Source of the DNA: Thermoplasmata archaeon
Lineage (GTDB): Archaea > Thermoplasmatota > Thermoplasmata > Lutacidiplasmatales > UBA184
DNA: 62,126 nucleotides
Direction of reading: 5' to 3'
NCBI GenBank assembly: GCA_030040865.1
Contig: JASHSX010000087.1
Span: 1 to 62,126 of the forward strand
This document shows, one piece after another, positions 16,986 to 26,613 of the stretch. Positions within the stretch are counted from its first letter, which is position 1; every line of letters begins with the position of its first letter. Under the pieces are notes generated by a model. That model made no database searches, had not been told where the DNA came from, and saw only the letters and a program-made list of their open reading frames with translations. The translations under genes were made by a program, and so were the position numbers.

Positions 16986-17921
16986 CTAGCTCCGCAGGGG
17001 CTGGCCGGACGGAGCGGCCCGGGCCCCGGAGTTCCGCGTGCCGGGGCGGTAGCGGAAGTCGGCCCGCATCGCCCGGAGCCGACGGATCCGTTCCGGCGTC
17101 GGCGGGTGGGTGGAGAACAGGGACGCGAACGACGCCCCCCGGAACGGGTTCACGATGTAGAGGCTCGACTGGGCCGGGGAGCCGACGGTGATCGGACGCC
17201 GCTGGTTCGCGCTCTCGAGCTTCTGGAGGGCGCTCGCGAGCGACTCGGGATCCCCGAGGGTGACGGCCCCGACCTGGTCGGCGCGGAACTCGCGCGAACG
17301 GGAGATCGCGAGCTGGATCAGGATCGCCGCGATCGGCGCGGTGATCAGAGCGAGGATCAGGACGATCGGGTTCACGCTGCCGCGGCTGTTGCCGCTTCCG
17401 CCGAACAGCATCGAGAAGAAGACGATCTGCGCCGCGTAGGAGATCGCTCCCGCCAGCGTGGCGGCGAACGTCATGAGCAGGACGTCCCGGTCCTTGACGT
17501 GCGCGAGCTCGTGGGCGAGCACGCCGCGCAGCTCCCGGTCGTCGAGGACCTGGAGGATGCCTTCCGTCGCCGCGACGACGGCGTGCCGTTCGTTGCGTCC
17601 TGTCGCGAAGGCGTTCGGCGTGGCGGTGGGCACGATCGCGAGCCGCGGCGCCACGAGGCCGAACTGCGGGGCGAGCTCGTCGACGAGGCGGGCGAGCCGG
17701 GGGGCCTCGGCCGGGGTCACGATCTTCGCCTTCGTCGACCAGAGGACGAGCCGGTCGCAGGCGAAGAACGAGACGAGATTCAGGACCAGCGACAGGCCGA
17801 GCGCGATCACGAGGCCGAGCAGCCAGGAACCGAACAGGTACTCGCCGACGAGACCGCCGACGAGCACGAACAACCCCGCCACGACGGCGAAGAGGACCGC
17901 CGTCTTGACGCGCGGACCCAT
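16986..17921 (-). CDS. htpX: zinc metalloprotease HtpX
   Basis: 311 aa from ATG 17921 (MGPRVKTAVLF...). Two N-terminal TM helices, HELAHV (HExxH), NAFATG, REFRAD, STHPP. Confidence 0.9.
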   Translation of the reverse strand: MGPRVKTAVLFAVVAGLFVLVGGLVGEYLFGSWLLGLVIALGLSLVLNLVSFFACDRLVLWSTKAKIVTPAEAPRLARLVDELAPQFGLVAPRLAIVPTATPNAFATGRNERHAVVAATEGILQVLDDRELRGVLAHELAHVKDRDVLLMTFAATLAGAISYAAQIVFFSMLFGGSGNSRGSVNPIVLILALITAPIAAILIQLAISRSREFRADQVGAVTLGDPESLASALQKLESANQRRPITVGSPAQSSLYIVNPFRGASFASLFSTHPPTPERIRRLRAMRADFRYRPGTRNSGARAAPSGQPLRS

Positions 17922-17986
17922 GATCGAGAACCCCTCGCCGTAGACACCGGAATCCGGCTCAAAAGCTCTCGGAGGAGCCGCTCCCC

Positions 17987-19300
17987 TCACGGTTCGGGCC
18001 CGCGCGGCGCGAGGTGTCGACGCGCAGACGGCGTGGGGTGGAACGTTCCCGGACCGAACTCCGGGCGGGCCCATCGGGGACGCGCCGCCTCGGGCGGCCA
18101 GCGACGCCGGCACGACGGGCAGCGGAACCCCCGGCCTCGCCCGCGCGATCGGGCCCGTCGGTCGCACGTCGCGCATCGCGGGGGATCGAGGCCCGCGGCC
18201 CGCGGGGACAGTCGTACGAGCTGCATCCCCTCGAGGCGGAACACCGGGTCCGCGGCCCGGCTCCCCCAGATGCGCAGACGGTCTCCCGGAGCGAGCGTGC
18301 GGGCGACGGCGGGCAGGGTCTTCGTGGGCTCGAACGCGAGGCAGTCGAGAGGAACTCCGTTACGGTCGGCGAACGGGAGTTCCACGTGACCCCCCGCCAA
18401 GACCCTCGGCGGTCCGCGGACGGTGCCGAAAAGGACCGCGGACCGGTACGGCCCGATCGCGTCGGCGCCGAGGACCGCGAGGTGGTCCCCGGTGCCCTGG
18501 TTCGTGCGGAAGAGCATCCAGCGGTCTACCGGTTCGGAACGGACCGAGCGCAGGGCTCGCGTCGCGGCGAGGGGGCTCGTCGCCCGCATTCCGAACAAGA
18601 TCGGGCAATCGGTATGCGGCGTCACCAGGAGCCGCCGGGTGCGGACATCCTCGCAGAGGAACAGCCGGGGGTCAGCCGCCTGGGCGCGGCGCACGCTTCG
18701 CGCATCGACCGCACGACGGCGTCCGATCCGGGACGGGCGACGGTACGCGATCGCCTCCCACGTCGGATGGCCGGCGGGCCAGGCGACGGCGGCGGTGGCA
18801 CCGACGATCCCCCGGTCCGATCCGAGGGTCCGGACGAGCGCCCCCCCGCGCCTTAGGGCCGAGCGGACGTCCGCCGGGTCGACCACGTCCCGGACCGCCC
18901 GCCAGTACCAGTGGGCCGCCGGTCGGTGGTCGGTCACCACGAGCGCCGGATCGGTGCCGGCCGCGCCGACCGAGGCCGAGGCCCGCACCGCCGCCCACGC
19001 GACGTCGAGCAGCTCCGGCCCACGATCCGGACCTCTCGATCGGGCTCCAGAGAACGCCCAGACCGGTCGGCCCGCGACCCGTCCCACCGCGCGTCGGGGG
19101 CCCCGCCCGCGGCCGAACCGGGCCGATAGCGCGGCGTTCCCGCGCGTCTTCCACGGGACGTTCGGGTTGAGCCGGACGAGCCTCGGCTCGCCGATGAGAT
19201 CGAATCCGGCGTCCCCGGCCGCGCGGATCACCTCGGTGAGGACGTGCGTCGTGCAGCCGCCCCGGGGGCTGTCGGTGTCGTCGATCCCCAACCAGAGCAT
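17987..19300 (-). CDS. tiaS: tRNA(Ile2) 2-agmatinylcytidine synthetase TiaS
   Basis: 437 aa from ATG 19300. MLWLGIDDTDSPRGGCTTH N-terminus and a C-terminal Zn ribbon (CATCDRR...FRCPSC). Confidence 0.85.
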   Translation of the reverse strand: MLWLGIDDTDSPRGGCTTHVLTEVIRAAGDAGFDLIGEPRLVRLNPNVPWKTRGNAALSARFGRGRGPRRAVGRVAGRPVWAFSGARSRGPDRGPELLDVAWAAVRASASVGAAGTDPALVVTDHRPAAHWYWRAVRDVVDPADVRSALRRGGALVRTLGSDRGIVGATAAVAWPAGHPTWEAIAYRRPSRIGRRRAVDARSVRRAQAADPRLFLCEDVRTRRLLVTPHTDCPILFGMRATSPLAATRALRSVRSEPVDRWMLFRTNQGTGDHLAVLGADAIGPYRSAVLFGTVRGPPRVLAGGHVELPFADRNGVPLDCLAFEPTKTLPAVARTLAPGDRLRIWGSRAADPVFRLEGMQLVRLSPRAAGLDPPRCATCDRRARSRGRGRGFRCPSCRRRWPPEAARPRWARPEFGPGTFHPTPSARRHLAPRGPEP

Positions 19301-19347
19301 GGACGAGGAGCGGTCCTTTCGTACCGGCGGCGTCCGGGCGTCGCCCG

Positions 19348-20214
19348 TCAGACGACGGCGGCGAGGAGCTTCTCGTAGGCGGGACGGTTCGTCTCGAGGC
19401 CCAGGTCCGCGCCGAGCGGTCCCGTCCGGTCGGGCAGCAGCTTGAGCTCGAGTCCCTCGGGCTTCGTCTCCTTCGGCCGGTGCATGACGCCGATCGGGAT
19501 GCGGCCCGACTCGAGCGTCTCCAGGCAGAGGCGGAACATCGCCTTGCGGTCCGTCGGGTCGTAGCCCCCGAGCGTCGCGACGTCGACGACCTTCTCGCGC
19601 CACAGCTTGAACGTGTCGTTGTACGTCACGCACGGGGAGAGGTCCTCGACGAACGCGAAGCCGCGGTTCTCCCGGTTGAACCGGAGCCCCTCCTCGAGTA
19701 CCGCGGTCATCGTCTTGGGGTCCCCCGAGAACGTCCGCGCGATGAAGTTCGACGCGGGGATGGAGAGCGCGGTCAGGATCGCGTCGAACGGCGGCTCCAC
19801 GTTCCCCTCGAAGCCGATCGGGGCCGTCGGCGAGGGCTGGCCCTTCGTCAGTCCGTACGTCTCGTTGTTCATCACGAGGTAGAGGATCGACGCGTTCTTC
19901 TTGAACGCGTGCATGAAATGTCCCATCCCGATCGCGTAGCCGTCCCCGTCGCCGCCCGCCGCGACGACGGTGAGCGCGGGGTTCGCGAGCTTCACTCCGA
20001 CCGCCTGGGCGAGCAAGCGCCCGTGAAGAGCGTGGAGCCCGTTCACTTCCACGAAATTGTGGATCGATCCGGAGCAACCGATCCCGCCGACGAGGACGAG
20101 CTCGTGGTTCGCGATCTTCTGGTTCGCCGCCGCCTTCTTCACCGCGGCGAGCACACCGAAATCGCCGCAGCCGGGGCACCAGATCGAGGGGCGGGCCTTC
20201 GCGGACTGTACCAC
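19348..20214 (-). CDS. korB: 2-oxoacid:ferredoxin oxidoreductase, beta subunit
   Basis: 288 aa, GTG start. WCPGCGDFG, GGIGCSG, TPP motif GGDGDGYAIGMGH...NNETYGLTKGQ. Confidence 0.93.
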   Translation of the reverse strand: MVQSAKARPSIWCPGCGDFGVLAAVKKAAANQKIANHELVLVGGIGCSGSIHNFVEVNGLHALHGRLLAQAVGVKLANPALTVVAAGGDGDGYAIGMGHFMHAFKKNASILYLVMNNETYGLTKGQPSPTAPIGFEGNVEPPFDAILTALSIPASNFIARTFSGDPKTMTAVLEEGLRFNRENRGFAFVEDLSPCVTYNDTFKLWREKVVDVATLGGYDPTDRKAMFRLCLETLESGRIPIGVMHRPKETKPEGLELKLLPDRTGPLGADLGLETNRPAYEKLLAAVV

Positions 20215-20215
20215 G

Positions 20216-22009
20216 CTAGCTCACCTCTCGGATCTGCGCGATGATCTCGGGGGCTCGGAACGAGTTGCCGTCGTACTTGACGATGTTCCGGAGCTTGGAG
20301 TGGTACTGGGGGAGGGTCTCGCGCAGGAGCCGCGCGAACTGTCCCGTGTAGTTGTGCTCGACGACATAGGCGACGTCGACCCCCTCGAGGAATGGCCCGA
20401 TCTCGTGGGTCGGCACGGGGTAGACGGTGCGGGCCTGGTAGTAGCGCGTGGGAGTCCCGCGGGCCTCGAGGAGGGTCTGGGCCTCGCGGATCGGTCCGGA
20501 GGTGCTGCCGTAGCCGATGAGACCGACCCGGGCGGTCGCCGGGCCGAAGAGGCGACCGGCGGGGAGGTCGTCCCGAGCCTTCGCCATCTTCTCCATCCGC
20601 TTCTGCATCATTCGGATCCGGTTGGTCGGATTGACGGAGACATGGCCCCACTCGTCGTGCTCGTTCCCCGTCGATTGGGACCAGACGCCGGGCGTCCCGG
20701 GCGGGGCGACCGGGCTCACGCCGTCGTCCTGGAAGCTGTAGCCCTTGTACTCGGCGAACGCCGCCACGGCTTCGGCGGTCAGTCGCTTCCCCCGGTCAAT
20801 CCGCACCTTGGCGAGGTCGAACTTGGGGACGGTTACCGTGTTCTGGCAGAGCGCCTGATCGAGGAGCAGGATCACGGGCGCCCGCCACTTCTCGGCGAGG
20901 TTCAGGGCGTCGGCGGTCACGAGGAACGCGTCGTCGGCCGTTGCCGGCGCTACGATGAACCGGGGATACTCGCCGTGACCGAGGTTCGCGAGGTGCGAGA
21001 GGTCCGACTGTTCGTGACGGGTCGGTTCCCCTGTCGAGGGTCCCACCCGCTGGCAGTCGGCGACCACGATCGGGAGCTCGGCGGTGCCGGCCTGGCCGAT
21101 CCCCTCGGTCATCAGCGAGAGTCCCGGGCCGCTCGTGCTCGTCATCGCGCGGGCGCCCGCATAGGCCGCCCCGAGGATCATGTTGACGGCGGCGAGCTCG
21201 TCCTCGGCCTGCCGCACGACGCCGTGGAGCGGAGGCAGGTACCGCTGGAGGTACTCCATCACCTCGGTGGCCGGGGTGATCGGGTAGCCGGCGAAGAACC
21301 GACCGCCTCCCACGACGAATCCGAGGGCGACCGCCTGGTTCCCCGTCGTGAGGACGAGGTCGTGGGCGTCGCCGTCCACGAGGGAGAACCGGTCGGGCAC
21401 CCCCGCGGACTCGAGGGCGACCTTGCGGCCGATCTCGAGGGCCTTCAGGTTCTTCTCGAGGGCCTCTCCGCCCCTCCGCTTGAACCGCTCCTCGATGACC
21501 TGGCGGGTCATCGTGTGGTCGAAGCCGAAGATCACCGAGAGCGCCCCGTACGCGGCTGTGTTCTTGAAGATGGGTTGACCGAGCGGCCCTCCGACGAGCG
21601 TCGCGAACGGAAAGCCGGCCGAGTTCGGGAGGTCGAGCTTGAAGGTCGTGGAGTCGTACAGGACGAAGGCATGGGAGGCCAGCTCGGGTCCGCCCATCTC
21701 CACGGCCTCGTTGTCGAACGCGACGAGGACGTCCACCTGGGACTTCACCGCCGCGATCGGATCGCGGCTCGCGCGCACCGACGCGTCGGCATGGCCGCCA
21801 CGGATCCGCGAGAGGACGTTCCGCGAGGTGTAGACGTAGAGCCCTCGCTTGCGGAAGTACCGTCCGAGAAGATCGGAGACGGTGAGGGTGCCGTCGCCGC
21901 CCTGGCCCCCGATCATGACGCTCAGGTCGGCGAGTTCCATCGGCGGGCGGGACGAGCCGGGCGCCGCCTCGGGGGTGAGCGGGGTCGTGTGCGTCGCGGG
22001 GGTGGTCAT
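20216..22009 (-). CDS. korA: 2-oxoacid:ferredoxin oxidoreductase, alpha (gamma-alpha fused) subunit
   Basis: 597 aa from ATG 22009 (MTTPATHTTPL...). IGGQGGDGTLTV (gamma-like domain), YPITPATEV, GAAYAGARAMTSTSGPGLSLM. The track ORF extends 73 aa further upstream without support. Confidence 0.93.
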   Translation of the reverse strand: MTTPATHTTPLTPEAAPGSSRPPMELADLSVMIGGQGGDGTLTVSDLLGRYFRKRGLYVYTSRNVLSRIRGGHADASVRASRDPIAAVKSQVDVLVAFDNEAVEMGGPELASHAFVLYDSTTFKLDLPNSAGFPFATLVGGPLGQPIFKNTAAYGALSVIFGFDHTMTRQVIEERFKRRGGEALEKNLKALEIGRKVALESAGVPDRFSLVDGDAHDLVLTTGNQAVALGFVVGGGRFFAGYPITPATEVMEYLQRYLPPLHGVVRQAEDELAAVNMILGAAYAGARAMTSTSGPGLSLMTEGIGQAGTAELPIVVADCQRVGPSTGEPTRHEQSDLSHLANLGHGEYPRFIVAPATADDAFLVTADALNLAEKWRAPVILLLDQALCQNTVTVPKFDLAKVRIDRGKRLTAEAVAAFAEYKGYSFQDDGVSPVAPPGTPGVWSQSTGNEHDEWGHVSVNPTNRIRMMQKRMEKMAKARDDLPAGRLFGPATARVGLIGYGSTSGPIREAQTLLEARGTPTRYYQARTVYPVPTHEIGPFLEGVDVAYVVEHNYTGQFARLLRETLPQYHSKLRNIVKYDGNSFRAPEIIAQIREVS

Positions 22010-22064
22010 CGAAGATTCTCCGAACCGGGTCTCGCCGAGTAGCACGTCGTTCGAGAACCGGACG

Positions 22065-22072
22065 ATATTTAA
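22065..22072 (-). promoter_or_regulatory. putative TATA box for korAB
   Basis: Plus strand reads ATATTTAA (TTAAATAT on the minus strand), 56-63 nt upstream of the korA ATG. It is the only AT-rich patch in this GC-rich divergent spacer. Confidence 0.35.
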
Positions 22073-22243
22073 GGGGTCCTTTACGGAGTGGGGCGTTGCC
22101 CCTTTGCGAACCCCGCGGACTTCCGCGGAATTACGACCCGTGGCCGCGAAATACTCGCTAGCCCCGGCGGAACGTCGGCAGCATCTCCTGCGCGAGCCGG
22201 TCGGGGCTCGTAATCGATCGGAGAACAATCGTCCTCAGAAGTC

Positions 22244-22250
22244 ATATAAT
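22244..22250 (+). promoter_or_regulatory. putative TATA box, leaderless-type spacing to ATG 22273
   Basis: ATATAAT is centred about 26 nt upstream of the ATG and no purine-rich RBS lies between. This geometry is typical of archaeal leaderless mRNAs. Confidence 0.4.
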
Positions 22251-22272
22251 CTGTAGAGTTACTCAAAATCCC

Positions 22273-23877
22273 ATGATCGCTGATGAGGCGGTCAGAGCTC
22301 CACCACGTCGGAGACGATGGATTCCCTTCGTTGCGATTGCGGTGACGATCCTTGTGGTCGTTGCCTCCGCGGTGTACGTGCTTCGATCCCCGTCGCCCTC
22401 CACGAACCCGTCCGAAGGTCCGGGCATACAGATTTCCGTCGACCCGGCGTCGCTACCCAGTCTTTCGTCGACAGTCGCGGCGGACGAGCTGGAGAATGTG
22501 ACGATCCAGATATTTTCCGTGATGCCGTCCTCGGAGGGATACGCCGGGGTCAACCTGACCAGGGCCAACCTCTCATCGAACCCCTACCTCGATGAGTTGT
22601 TCCTAGGTACGCCGAGTCAGACTGGTGTTGCCGCCGGGAACCTCTCCGCCGAGTTCTATTCCATCGATCGCGCGTGGCTCGCGACCATGAGCCCGATGAC
22701 TCAGACCGTCAGCCTCCAGCTTTACGCCACTCTCTCGGTCACCGAAAGCGGAGTCTCTGACCAGTATACCTACTTCAACAATGTCCCCTACAACCCGAGA
22801 ACCCCCCCCGCGGACTTCTCCTCCTCGGTCTACTTCCCACCCCAGCCGACGTACTCCGGGCCCGCCGCCGCGGTCGCCAGAACCGGCATTTCTCCTTCCG
22901 AGAGGCCTCCCCCCTCCTGCGACCCTGGCGACTACTGGGAGCCGACCAACCTTACGTACATTTCCGATGGGTATGTGCCTCTCGCGATCGCCAACGCGGC
23001 GGGATCTCCGGCGGGAGCTCAACTCAGCTACGGCATCTCGTACGCCGACACTGCCCTGGAACTGAGCTTCACGAGCGCAACCTCCGAGGAGACCTCCACC
23101 GCGTACTCCGGCCTCCAGATGAGCGAAGACCCGTCGTGGTCAGGAACCGACACGAGCTTCCAGGGCGGGGAATATGCGGCAGGGGCGAATTCTGGTGGGG
23201 ACCCGACCTTCATCGGACTTTCGGGCGCGGAGCTCACGATCTGGGGATATCATGAGGCGGTGGAATACCTGTCGGGAGACACGTGCACTCAGGCTTGGGT
23301 CAACGCCTACTCCACTAGCGTTCAGCTCGATGGATTCGAGAGCGGCTCCAACTTCAACTTCACGGAAACCAGTCTTCCGGCGTACTTCGCCAGCTTGCTC
23401 GGCGACATGTCGGACTGGACAGCGCTCGACACCGCGACCCTTGACTACGGCGGGTCGGGCATCCAGTTCTACACGGTTCTCGAGACGGCGGCCGGTTATG
23501 ACAATGCCCAAGACGCCGAGGCTCAGGCCGAGACGGCGTTCACGACGCTCGACTTTGCCCTAGGGGCCGCCCTACTCGTATGTGACGTCTTGAACGTGAT
23601 CCCTGGTTTCGATGAGGTCGACTCCGCCCCTGAGGCCCTCGTGGTCCTCGGCGACGTCGCGGGTGTCGCGGCGGACTTGATGAACCTATTCAGTACCATC
23701 AGCTTCTCCACTAGCTCGCATACGTCGATTGAGCAATTCGGCGTCGATGTCAATCCGGCCGGTGCCCACGACAACTTGGAAGCGACGTTCTATGAGGCAT
23801 CGGTTGGGGAACAACTCTCGATCGGAAGCAGCACGTACGACCCGAACATGCCACTGCTTTACGTCGACGCGACCTAG
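22273..23877 (+). CDS. hypothetical N-terminally anchored exported protein (orphan)
   Basis: 534 aa. RRRRW plus a TM helix (IPFVAIAVTILVVVASAVYVL). S/T/A/G-rich ectodomain with sequons (NVT, NLT, NLS, NFT). C-terminal amphipathic/hydrophobic stretches (FALGAALLVCDVLNVIPGF; ALVVLGDVAGVAADLMNLF). Many A/T-ending codons, unlike the neighbours. Confidence 0.6.
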   Translation: MIADEAVRAPPRRRRWIPFVAIAVTILVVVASAVYVLRSPSPSTNPSEGPGIQISVDPASLPSLSSTVAADELENVTIQIFSVMPSSEGYAGVNLTRANLSSNPYLDELFLGTPSQTGVAAGNLSAEFYSIDRAWLATMSPMTQTVSLQLYATLSVTESGVSDQYTYFNNVPYNPRTPPADFSSSVYFPPQPTYSGPAAAVARTGISPSERPPPSCDPGDYWEPTNLTYISDGYVPLAIANAAGSPAGAQLSYGISYADTALELSFTSATSEETSTAYSGLQMSEDPSWSGTDTSFQGGEYAAGANSGGDPTFIGLSGAELTIWGYHEAVEYLSGDTCTQAWVNAYSTSVQLDGFESGSNFNFTETSLPAYFASLLGDMSDWTALDTATLDYGGSGIQFYTVLETAAGYDNAQDAEAQAETAFTTLDFALGAALLVCDVLNVIPGFDEVDSAPEALVVLGDVAGVAADLMNLFSTISFSTSSHTSIEQFGVDVNPAGAHDNLEATFYEASVGEQLSIGSSTYDPNMPLLYVDAT

Positions 23878-24071
23878 TCCGGCACCGAGGCGGTCACCCG
23901 AGAACCATCGCCCCCTGGATCAGCAACCCGCACGCGCCACAGCGGTCTGAGATACTAACGGTCTCAACCGAACAGTGTCCGGCGCGTGGCCTCCTGGCTG
24001 GAACGGCGACTTACCGAGTCCCCGGGGGCACAGCGCGAAAGGTTAACTCGGCCCCTCCGCTGGAACCGGGA

Positions 24072-25319
24072 GTGTCGGACGAGCGCCTTGTGGAGGACTA
24101 CCACCCGGCGACCGCCGCCCAGCGTCATCTCCCCGCGTCGATCGTGCTCTGGGACGAAACCCTGCGCGACGGGGAGCAGATGCCCGGCGTCCACTTCTCC
24201 CCCGAGGAGAAGCTCCGGATCGCCGAGAGGCTCTCGGACGCCGGTGTCCCGCTCCTGAACGCGGGTATCCCCGTCGTCTCCGAGGAAGAGGCGCGGGCCG
24301 TGAAGCTCGTCGCCGACGCAGGACTCCGGGCGAAGGTCCTGGCCGCCGGCCGGACGGTGGCGGGGGACGTGGACGCCGTAGTCCGGAGCGGGGCCACCCA
24401 CATCGCGATCTTCGTGGCCGCCAGCAACGTCCACCTCCGCTACAAGCTCAAGATGACCCAGGACGAGGTCCTGCAGGCCTCGGTCACGACGGTCCGCCAG
24501 GCGAAGGACGCCGGGCTGCACGTCGCCTACGTCACCGAGGACACCGTCCGGGCTCCGTTCGACTTCGTCGAGCGGCTGTACCGCGCCGTTCAGGAGGCGG
24601 GGGCGGACCGACTCGTGGTCGCGGACACGGTCGGGATCATGACGCCCCTCACCTTCCGCTGGTACCTCGAGGAGTTCGTCCGACGGGTCCGCCCGAAAGA
24701 CCTCTCGGTCCACTGTCACAACGATTTCGGCCTGGCCACCGCGAACACCCTCACGGCGGTCGAGTGCGGGGCCACCGCGCCCCACGTATGCGTGAACGGG
24801 CTCGGCGAGCGCGCCGGCAACGCGTCGCTCGAGGAGGTGGTGATGGGGCTCGAGTCGCTCTACGGCGTGAAGACGGGGATCCGCACCGAGTCGCTCTACG
24901 AGCTCTCCCAACTGGTCGAGGAGCTCTCGGGCGTCCCCATCGCCGCCAACAAGGCGCTGGTCGGCTACAACGCTTTCTCGCACGAGGCGGGTATCCACAC
25001 GCACGGCATTCTCGCGAACACGCTCACCTACGAACCGCTCCAGCCCGAGGTCGTCGGGCGCCGACGGCAGATGATCCTCGGCAAGCACACGGGAAAGGCC
25101 GCCCTCGTGGAGAAGCTCAAGGAGCGCGGGATCACGGCCCCCGACCCGCTTCTCCTCGAACTGCTCCGCCAGGTGAAGACCGAGACCGAATCCCGCTCGA
25201 AGGCGGACCTCCAGCGGTTCGTCGAGCAGTACCGCACGCTTTTCGGGCGGCCGGGCCTGTCGGATACGGAGTTCTGGGCGATCGTCGAGGCGGTCGGGAT
25301 CCGGACGGGGAAGGCATGA
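24072..25319 (+). CDS. 2-isopropylmalate synthase / homocitrate synthase family enzyme (short form without LeuA C-terminal regulatory domain)
   Basis: 415 aa, GTG start. LWDETLRDGEQ, HCHNDFGLATANTL, NGLGERAGNASLEE, SHEAGIH. The length and missing LeuA_dimer domain fit HCS/AksA/CimA-like enzymes as well as LeuA. Confidence 0.88.
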   Translation: MSDERLVEDYHPATAAQRHLPASIVLWDETLRDGEQMPGVHFSPEEKLRIAERLSDAGVPLLNAGIPVVSEEEARAVKLVADAGLRAKVLAAGRTVAGDVDAVVRSGATHIAIFVAASNVHLRYKLKMTQDEVLQASVTTVRQAKDAGLHVAYVTEDTVRAPFDFVERLYRAVQEAGADRLVVADTVGIMTPLTFRWYLEEFVRRVRPKDLSVHCHNDFGLATANTLTAVECGATAPHVCVNGLGERAGNASLEEVVMGLESLYGVKTGIRTESLYELSQLVEELSGVPIAANKALVGYNAFSHEAGIHTHGILANTLTYEPLQPEVVGRRRQMILGKHTGKAALVEKLKERGITAPDPLLLELLRQVKTETESRSKADLQRFVEQYRTLFGRPGLSDTEFWAIVEAVGIRTGKA

Positions 25320-26599
25320 CGCAGCGGAACGGCCACGGGATGACGCTCGCCGAGAAGGTGCTGGCGCGGGTCTCCGGCGAGGAGCACGTCGTGCCCGGGC
25401 AGATCGTCGAAGGCGCCGTCGACCTCGCGATGATGCACGAGCAAGGGGCCCAGACCGTCGGCCCGTTCCACCAGATGGGCGCCGAGAAGGTCTGGGACCC
25501 CGATCGCGTCGTGATCGCGATCGACCACTGGGTGCCGGCCTCCACGGAGGGCGCCGCGGTCCTGCACCGGATCCTGAGGAAGTTCGCCCAGGAGACTTCC
25601 CTGCCGCACTTCTACGACGTCGGGCAGCACGGGATCTGCCACCAGATCCTCGCCGAGAACGGGTGGGTCGTCCCGGGGGACCTCGCCGTCGGTACCGACT
25701 CGCACACGAACATGCTCGGCGCGATGGGGGCGCTCGCCACGGGGATCGGGCCGACCGAGATGGCCGCGGTCCTGGCATTGGGTCGGCTGTGGCTCAAGGT
25801 CCCGTCGACGATCCAGATCCGGGTCCGCGGCACGTTCGGCGACGGCGTCACGGCGAAGGACCTCGTCCTTCGCGTCCTGGGCGAGGTGAAGACGACCGGC
25901 GCGACCTACAAGTCCGTGGAGTTCACCGGTCCGACGATCGCGGGGCTCTCGATGCCCGAGCGGTTCACGATCTGCAACATGACGACCGAGATGGGAGCGA
26001 AGACGGGGATGATCGCGCCGGACGAGGCGACGTTCGACTACCTCCGTCCGATCGCCAAGCACGCGATGCATCCGCTCGCCGCCGATGCCGACGCGGCGTA
26101 CGAAAAGACGATCGACGTCGATGTGACGGGGATGCCGCCGATGGTGGCGTGCCCGTACTCCCCGGACAACGTCCGTCCGCTCCCCGACGTCGCGCGGGAG
26201 CACGTCAAGGTCGACCAGGTGTTCCTGGGTTCCTGCACGAACGCCCGGATCGAGGACCTCCGCGAGGGGGCCGCGCTCATGAAGGGTTCGAAGGTCGCGA
26301 AAGGGGTGCGGTTCATCGTCTCCCCCGCGTCGACGAAGATCTACGACCAGTGCCTGCGCGAGGGGATCATCGAGACGTTCACCGACGCCGGCGCCGTTTT
26401 CACTAACTCGAGCTGCTCGGCGTGCTTCGGCGGCAACATGGGGATCCTCGCGCCCGACGAGGTCTGCGCGTCGTCGTCGAACCGCAACTTCCCCGGACGG
26501 ATGGGGGCCAAGGAGGCCCGGATCTACCTGATGTCCCCCGCCGCGGTCGTCGCGACGGCGATCCGGGGCGAGATCACCGATCCGCGCACCATGCGCTAG
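25316..26599 (+). CDS. leuC: 3-isopropylmalate / homoaconitate dehydratase large subunit (aconitase family)
   Basis: 427 aa from ATG 25316 (ATGA overlap). MTLAEKVLAR, DHWVPA, GICHQ, VGTDSHT, GSCTNARIEDL, CSACFG. Confidence 0.92.
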   Translation: MTQRNGHGMTLAEKVLARVSGEEHVVPGQIVEGAVDLAMMHEQGAQTVGPFHQMGAEKVWDPDRVVIAIDHWVPASTEGAAVLHRILRKFAQETSLPHFYDVGQHGICHQILAENGWVVPGDLAVGTDSHTNMLGAMGALATGIGPTEMAAVLALGRLWLKVPSTIQIRVRGTFGDGVTAKDLVLRVLGEVKTTGATYKSVEFTGPTIAGLSMPERFTICNMTTEMGAKTGMIAPDEATFDYLRPIAKHAMHPLAADADAAYEKTIDVDVTGMPPMVACPYSPDNVRPLPDVAREHVKVDQVFLGSCTNARIEDLREGAALMKGSKVAKGVRFIVSPASTKIYDQCLREGIIETFTDAGAVFTNSSCSACFGGNMGILAPDEVCASSSNRNFPGRMGAKEARIYLMSPAAVVATAIRGEITDPRTMR

Positions 26600-26613
26600 G
26601 CGAACGAGGTCCC

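Noticed and set aside
15972-18389. 805-aa plus-strand ORF, and also 15806..17191 and 16251..16964
   Set aside because: Antisense or off-frame to the zinc-ribbon protein, htpX and tiaS. Low-complexity S/R/A/P composition with no motifs.
23964-25778. 604-aa minus-strand ORF antisense to the LeuA/HCS-type and LeuC genes
   Set aside because: Shadow ORF. The sense frames carry complete catalytic motifs, and the antisense product is R/P/G-rich.
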